DNA from: the human T2T-CHM13v2.0 reference genome, Homo sapiens
Length of the DNA: 64,000 nt
Assembly: GCF_009914755.1 (NCBI RefSeq)
Contig: NC_060941.1
Reading direction: 5' to 3' (one strand)
Shown here: in pieces, positions 57,632 through 64,000 of the stretch
Layout: every line of letters begins with the position of its first letter
Position numbering within the stretch: the first letter of the stretch is position 1
Notes under the pieces: generated by a model
Databases searched by the model: none
What the model was told of the DNA's origin: nothing
The model's input: only the letters and a program-made list of their open reading frames with translations
Made by a program: the position numbers and the translations under genes

Positions 57632-58593
57632 CCACGAGTAATTTATTTTTTTTTTTTTTGTCATCAGACCTCTTCAAAAATAATGACTAAAAATTATTTC
57701 AACATTAAAAAAAGAAAAAAAGGAATCAGAATATCAAGATAGAAGAAAAAACATAGTAAACAAAATATGCTTAAGTGAGGTGAGGTAGGATTTTTCTTTT
57801 TCTTTTCAGCTTTCTAAATTTTTGTTGGTTGAATAAAAAATGATTTAAGGTAGTTATTAATATATTTTATATATTTATAATATTTATATTATAAAATGGA
57901 GAGGCTAAGGGAATGTAAAGGGATGTAATGCTTCCACAATTTGTTAGAACTTGTGAAATGACAACATTTTAATAAACAGTGTTAAGTTATAAACATGTTA
58001 TAATACGTAGAATAACTACTAAAACAAGTTATGCAAGAAGACATGAAACCACATTTGCAAAAATTATAACTGGTGAGATTATAACAGTGAAAGAGATTAG
58101 ACCTAATTGACTCCATCTTGTGTCTAACCTTTAAGCTTTCCTTGTTCATTCCTGGGCATAGGCTGAACTAACTGGGAAGGAATTCTCTGAAACAAAATTG
58201 ATAATAGCCCTTTCTCAAGAAGATCCTCTTCATCCCTGGTGACTAGTCTACCTTTGAAGGACTACCAAGATTAGAAATTATGGTTTAGGGTCAAGCAGCC
58301 TCTGGCTCCAAGAGTCTAAACCTCCCCAAATTGCTCCTGGGTATAACATCAATATTGTAAAACTTAAGATCAGTGCTTCAGATATTATGCAGACCCTACA
58401 CTTGATGGATTAGCTGACATCATCCAGGCTGCTAATCTGGTTTAACCAGTTCTGCCATACTCCCCAGGAACGGAAGACAGCAAGAAAACCTCTCTTCGAC
58501 CCCCTGTGATTCCGTCTCCAACCTGACCAATCAGTACTCCCTACTTCCCAAGCCTCTACCTGCCAAATTATCTTTAAAAACTCTGATCCCCAA

Positions 58594-59332
<739 letters not shown>

Positions 59333-59958
59333 TTGGTCCTGTCTAGGCAGTGAGCTGAGACCACGCCATTGTGCTCCAGTCTGGGTGACAGAGCGAGACT
59401 ATCTCAAAAATTAATTAATTGGCTCTGTCTAGGCACCAAGAAAGGTGAATGCATTGGGTGGTTATAGATGCATAAAAAACACTATAGAAAAATTAAAATA
59501 GATATCTAAAGGAAGTTCAAGTAGCCAACAGAAAGAAATGAAGAAGAGAAACAGAAATTGGAAATTAAAAAAAAAAAAAGATGGCACACTTAAGTCCTAA
59601 GAGATCAATAAGTATATTAAATGTAAAGGGAAAAAACATGACAATTAAGAGACAAGGACTGGCAGAATGAATTTAAAAATGTGACACAACGATACTCTGT
59701 CTAGAAGAAATTCACTTCAAATATGATGTTTGTCAGTTTGAAGTACAATTATGGAGAAAATTATAACATGAAAACATTAATCAAAGGAAAGTAAAAATGA
59801 TTATATTAATATCAGACAAGATAGACATTAGAGTTGCTATAATAATAATGGAGGAGCATTTTATAATGGTAAAATGGTCAACCTACCAAGAAGAGGTACA
59901 ATTCTAAATGTATGTTTCCTAAACAAGAGATTCAAATTTGTAAAGCAAAAGCTTATAT

Positions 59959-60497
59959 TGTTGTGGGAATCAGGAGACCAGAGAGACCAATAGGTGGAAC
60001 AGGAGGATTTTATTTAGGTGCACCTGCTCAGCAGATTCGCATCCAAAAGGCTGAGCCCCAAACAATGACAGGGCTTGACTTTTATACAGGCATCTGTGGC
60101 GTGAAACACAGTGGCACAAAATCAGGTTTACAGAAGCAGAACAAAGGCAGTTTATCAATCAGTGACAAGCTTATAACTCAGGCCTACATGTGACTCTTGC
60201 TATGTGGGCCAGGTGGCTGTGCTCAATATGCCTGCACAATCTTATCTCGTGTCCTTCACTATGGCACCCAGGTGGCTGTAATCTAAGCTTGCTTAAGCAT
60301 GTCTCATGACCTCCATGGTGCTACTCAGATGAAAAACAGACTTACAGACACTAGTTATAGAAAACAGGAATCTATAAACACATAAAGACTTGAAGACCAG
60401 GGTACAGTCATATGGAGGGGGTAAGTATTCAAGAGGAAGCTGTTCATACCAAAGGAAAGAAAGAAAGTTTGTTTTTCTTCTTGCATCTTCTGCTTCA
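59959..60497 (-). mobile_element. ERV1-type solo LTR (subfamily unresolved) in the L1 EN region
   Basis: TG...CA ends, 4-bp TSD ATAT (59955-59958, 60498-60501), antisense TATAAAA and AATAAA. Confidence 0.8.
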
Positions 60498-60692
60498 ATA
60501 TAATCAAATTCAAACTTGAAGATGGAAACCTCAACATCTCTCTATTAACCGTTGACAGACTAATCATAAAATCAGCAGATCTTAACAACCCATTAACCTA
60601 CAGTGTCAAATTGACATTTATGAAACACTCCAACCAACAGCAGGGTAGACATTTTTGTGCTCGCCTATAGGAAGATAGATCATAATCTGTGA

Positions 60693-61138
<446 letters not shown>

Positions 61139-61734
61139 GAAACTGCATACTTTTAAGTAATTGCTGGTTCAAAGAGGAAGTCTCAAGGGAAGTCAAATAA
61201 TGCATGTAACTGAAATAGGAATTTTCCTATAAGAAAATTAAATTTTTATTAAAGAATTTTCTACCCACAAAAATCTTCAAGCCCACATATTTTTGCTGGA
61301 TAATTTTACCAAATGTTTAAGAATTAAGACCAATACTACATATTTTTTGAGAATATAGAAAAATTGTCACTTCCTAATTCATTTTGTGAATCTAATTTTA
61401 CCCTAATTCAAATCAGAGAAGGACAGTACAAAAAAAATGAAACTCTAGACCAATACATATAAGGCTTATAGATATTTGCAAGTCACATGTTCAACAAACG
61501 ACCAGCATCTAGACTAAATTAAGACTATTTAAACCTCAACAGTAAAAATCAGACAAATAATGCAATTTGAAAATAGTAAAAAGGCATAAGGAGACATCAA
61601 AGAAGAAAAATAAACACTTGAATGGTGTTTATCATCAATAGTTACAAGCAAAATTCAAATTATAATCACAATGAGATATAAGAATATCTCTATCATATAT
61701 ACACACACATATATGAAGATTATAGACATCTTTT

Positions 61735-63960
61735 ATGCAATTTTTTTTTAGGAAATATGGAATTACACTGTGTTTTGTAATTAGTTACATATTTACATTT
61801 ATTGGAACTCTTTTTGTTTTCCATGAAAATTTGAATTACTGTTATCCTGAAGAAATGTTTTGTACTTTTTATGAGGCATTTCTGCTAGCAATAGAACTTC
61901 TCAATTTTTGTGTGTTTGTTTGTTTAAAATCTGGGGATTTAAAATTTACCTTTTTAAAAAAATGTTTTGCTCAATATAATACTATTTAATAGTTTTTGTT
62001 TGTTTTTGCTAACTGCACTTTGAATATGTAAATTACACTACTTTTTAGCTGCTATTGTTTTTGATATGAAGCCAGTTGTCAATCTTATTGGAGTTCCCTT
62101 GAATGTAATACATCATTTTTGCCTTATTGCTTTCAATATTTTGAATTTATCATGTCTTTCCATGTTTTGATCCTGATGTGTCTGTGTGTGAACCTCTTTT
62201 TATTTATGAGAATTAGAGTTCACTGTGCTTTTTGAATATGTATGTTACTGTTTTTCATTAAATTTAAAATGCTATGAGCCATGGTTTATTAGAATATTGT
62301 TTCTGTTTCTTTCTTTCTCTTCTCTCCTTCTTGTACTCCTGTTACACATATGTTGAAATGCTTAGTGGTGTCTCATATTTCTCTGAGGCTATGTTTATTC
62401 TTCATTTTTCTTTCTGTTTTTCAGATTCCAGAACCTCTATTGATCTAGCTTCAAGTTCACTGATTTTTCCCTCTGTCAGCTCAAGTTTACAGTACAATTT
62501 TCCAGTCAGTTTCTCATTCTGCGTATTGTACTTTTAATTTCCAGAGTTTTCACTTGGTTCTTTAGTATAATTTTTATCTTTGTTGATATTCAATATTTAA
62601 TGAGATACTGTCATTAGACCTTTCCATAATTCTTTCAGCATGGTTTTCTTTAGTTCTTTATATATATGGATATTTTAAAAAATAGCTGCTTTGAAATCTT
62701 TAAGTCTATTCTCTAGAACTCTTAGATGGCAGTTTCTAAATTTGACCCTGCATATGTTATGGTTTCCTGTTTCTTTGCAGGTCTCATGTTTATTATTGTT
62801 GTTAAAAACTGGCTATTTTAGATCATGCATTGTAGCAGCTTATGATAGTGACAACCCCTGGTTGTCACTATTGGTTCTTGTTGTTTTTTTCTTAATTTTT
62901 GTTTGTTTAGTGACTTGGTTTAACTGATTCTACAGCGTGCAACCTCTGATGTCACTACTCATATTTCTTCACCTTGATTTTCTCTTTCAGCTTGGCTACC
63001 TAATGTTTATCTTTGTGTAAGTATAAGCCAGTTATTAGTCAAATGTTCTCTGCTCTCTTATTTTCTTGCATTTTTGCCCTTTCTCATTGGATATGTCATA
63101 TTTTTGTGATCCCCAAATATCTGCGACAGTTCTCAGTTAACTTAGAAAGTTTATTTTGACAAGGTTAAGGACACACCCATGATGCAGCCTCAGGAAGTCC
63201 TGAGACATGTGCCCAAGAGGGTCGAGGGTACAGTTTGCTTTTATACATTTTAGGGAGACATGATACGTCAATCTATATGCATAAAATGTATGTTGGTTCA
63301 GTCTGGTAAGGTGGGACAACTGAAGAAGGGGCTTCCAGGTTAGAAGTAGATAAGAGACAAAAGGTTGCATTCTTTTGAGTCCATGATCAGCCTTCCTTCT
63401 GAATACACAATATAGTCTGGCTCAGTGAATCTGCATTTTTACGTAAACAGTAGGAGAGAGGAAACAATCAGATATGCATTTGTCTCAGGTGAGCCTCAGA
63501 GGGATGACTTTGAATAGAATGGGAGGCAGGTTTGCCCTAAGGAGTTCTCAGCTTGACTTTCCCCTTAGCTTAGTGGTTTTGGGGTCCCAAGAATTATTTT
63601 CCTTTTACAGCTTAAAGGCTGCCATCAAATTTGAGTGAGTTTATGATTTTTTGCCCCATGTTCAACTAGGGACTGGTAGTTTTGAGGATCTCTCTCTGAT
63701 ATATCCTGATAATGCAGTCCCTTGACCATGCACACAAATTTCCAGACTGCTAGTGACCTTATCATTAAGTCTAGCTTCATCACAGTTACCTCTGGGTCAG
63801 TGTCATCTATTGTTCAGTCAGTGTTTAATAAGAGGTTGTGGCCATGAGACTTCCACCCTTTGTTGATGGGTCTGTGTAGGTTTTGGGGAATGCTTTCCAG
63901 TTTACTCTGTATCTTACTCTGACTGATCCTGAGTAGATGGACCCTAGGGTATAATATGCA
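61735..63960 (-). mobile_element. Old L1M ORF1/5' region, antisense, interrupted by MER4A
   Basis: 'gctattgtttttgatatgaagccagttgtcaatcttattgg...tcaagttcactgatttttccctctg...tttcacttggttcttt'. Confidence 0.75.
63105..63609 (-). mobile_element. MER4A solo LTR
   Basis: Reverse-complement homolog of 50275-51014 ('ggatgactttgaatagaatgggaggcaggtttgccc'). Confidence 0.88.
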
Positions 63961-64000
63961 TAGCCCTCCTGAGGCCCAGAGTTGACTAATCTTTGAGGGC

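Overview
AT-rich, repeat-dense primate genomic DNA, most likely human or another hominoid (it carries LTR12C and AluY). It is intergenic or deep intronic. I find no credible host protein-coding exon: the ORFs I can interpret are translations of repeats (Alu, LTR12, THE1-int, MER50) or decayed L1 ORF1/ORF2 and Tigger1 transposase remnants, and the rest look like chance frames. Main contents: a solo LTR12C with 4-bp TSD, a full-length THE1 MaLR nested in MLT1 and carrying an Alu, a truncated MER4-group ERV1, several solo LTRs, about 14 Alu copies or fragments, L1/L2/MIR relics and DNA-transposon fossils (Tigger1, Tigger2a, MADE1, MER1A, MER58, MER102). I do not see a novel gene system. The best unexplained structures are: (i) a ~300-bp polyadenylated non-L1/non-Alu retro-insertion with a perfect 16-bp TSD (34284-34620); (ii) a ~170-bp templated copy of nearby sequence inserted into the TA tract of an MLT2A LTR between 14-bp inverted repeats; (iii) two 40-nt tailless retropseudogenes (5S rRNA, U2 snRNA); (iv) several microhomology or template-switch scars. 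Repeat subfamily names come from recalled consensus sequences and need RepeatMasker/Dfam confirmation. Boundaries of old elements are approximate.
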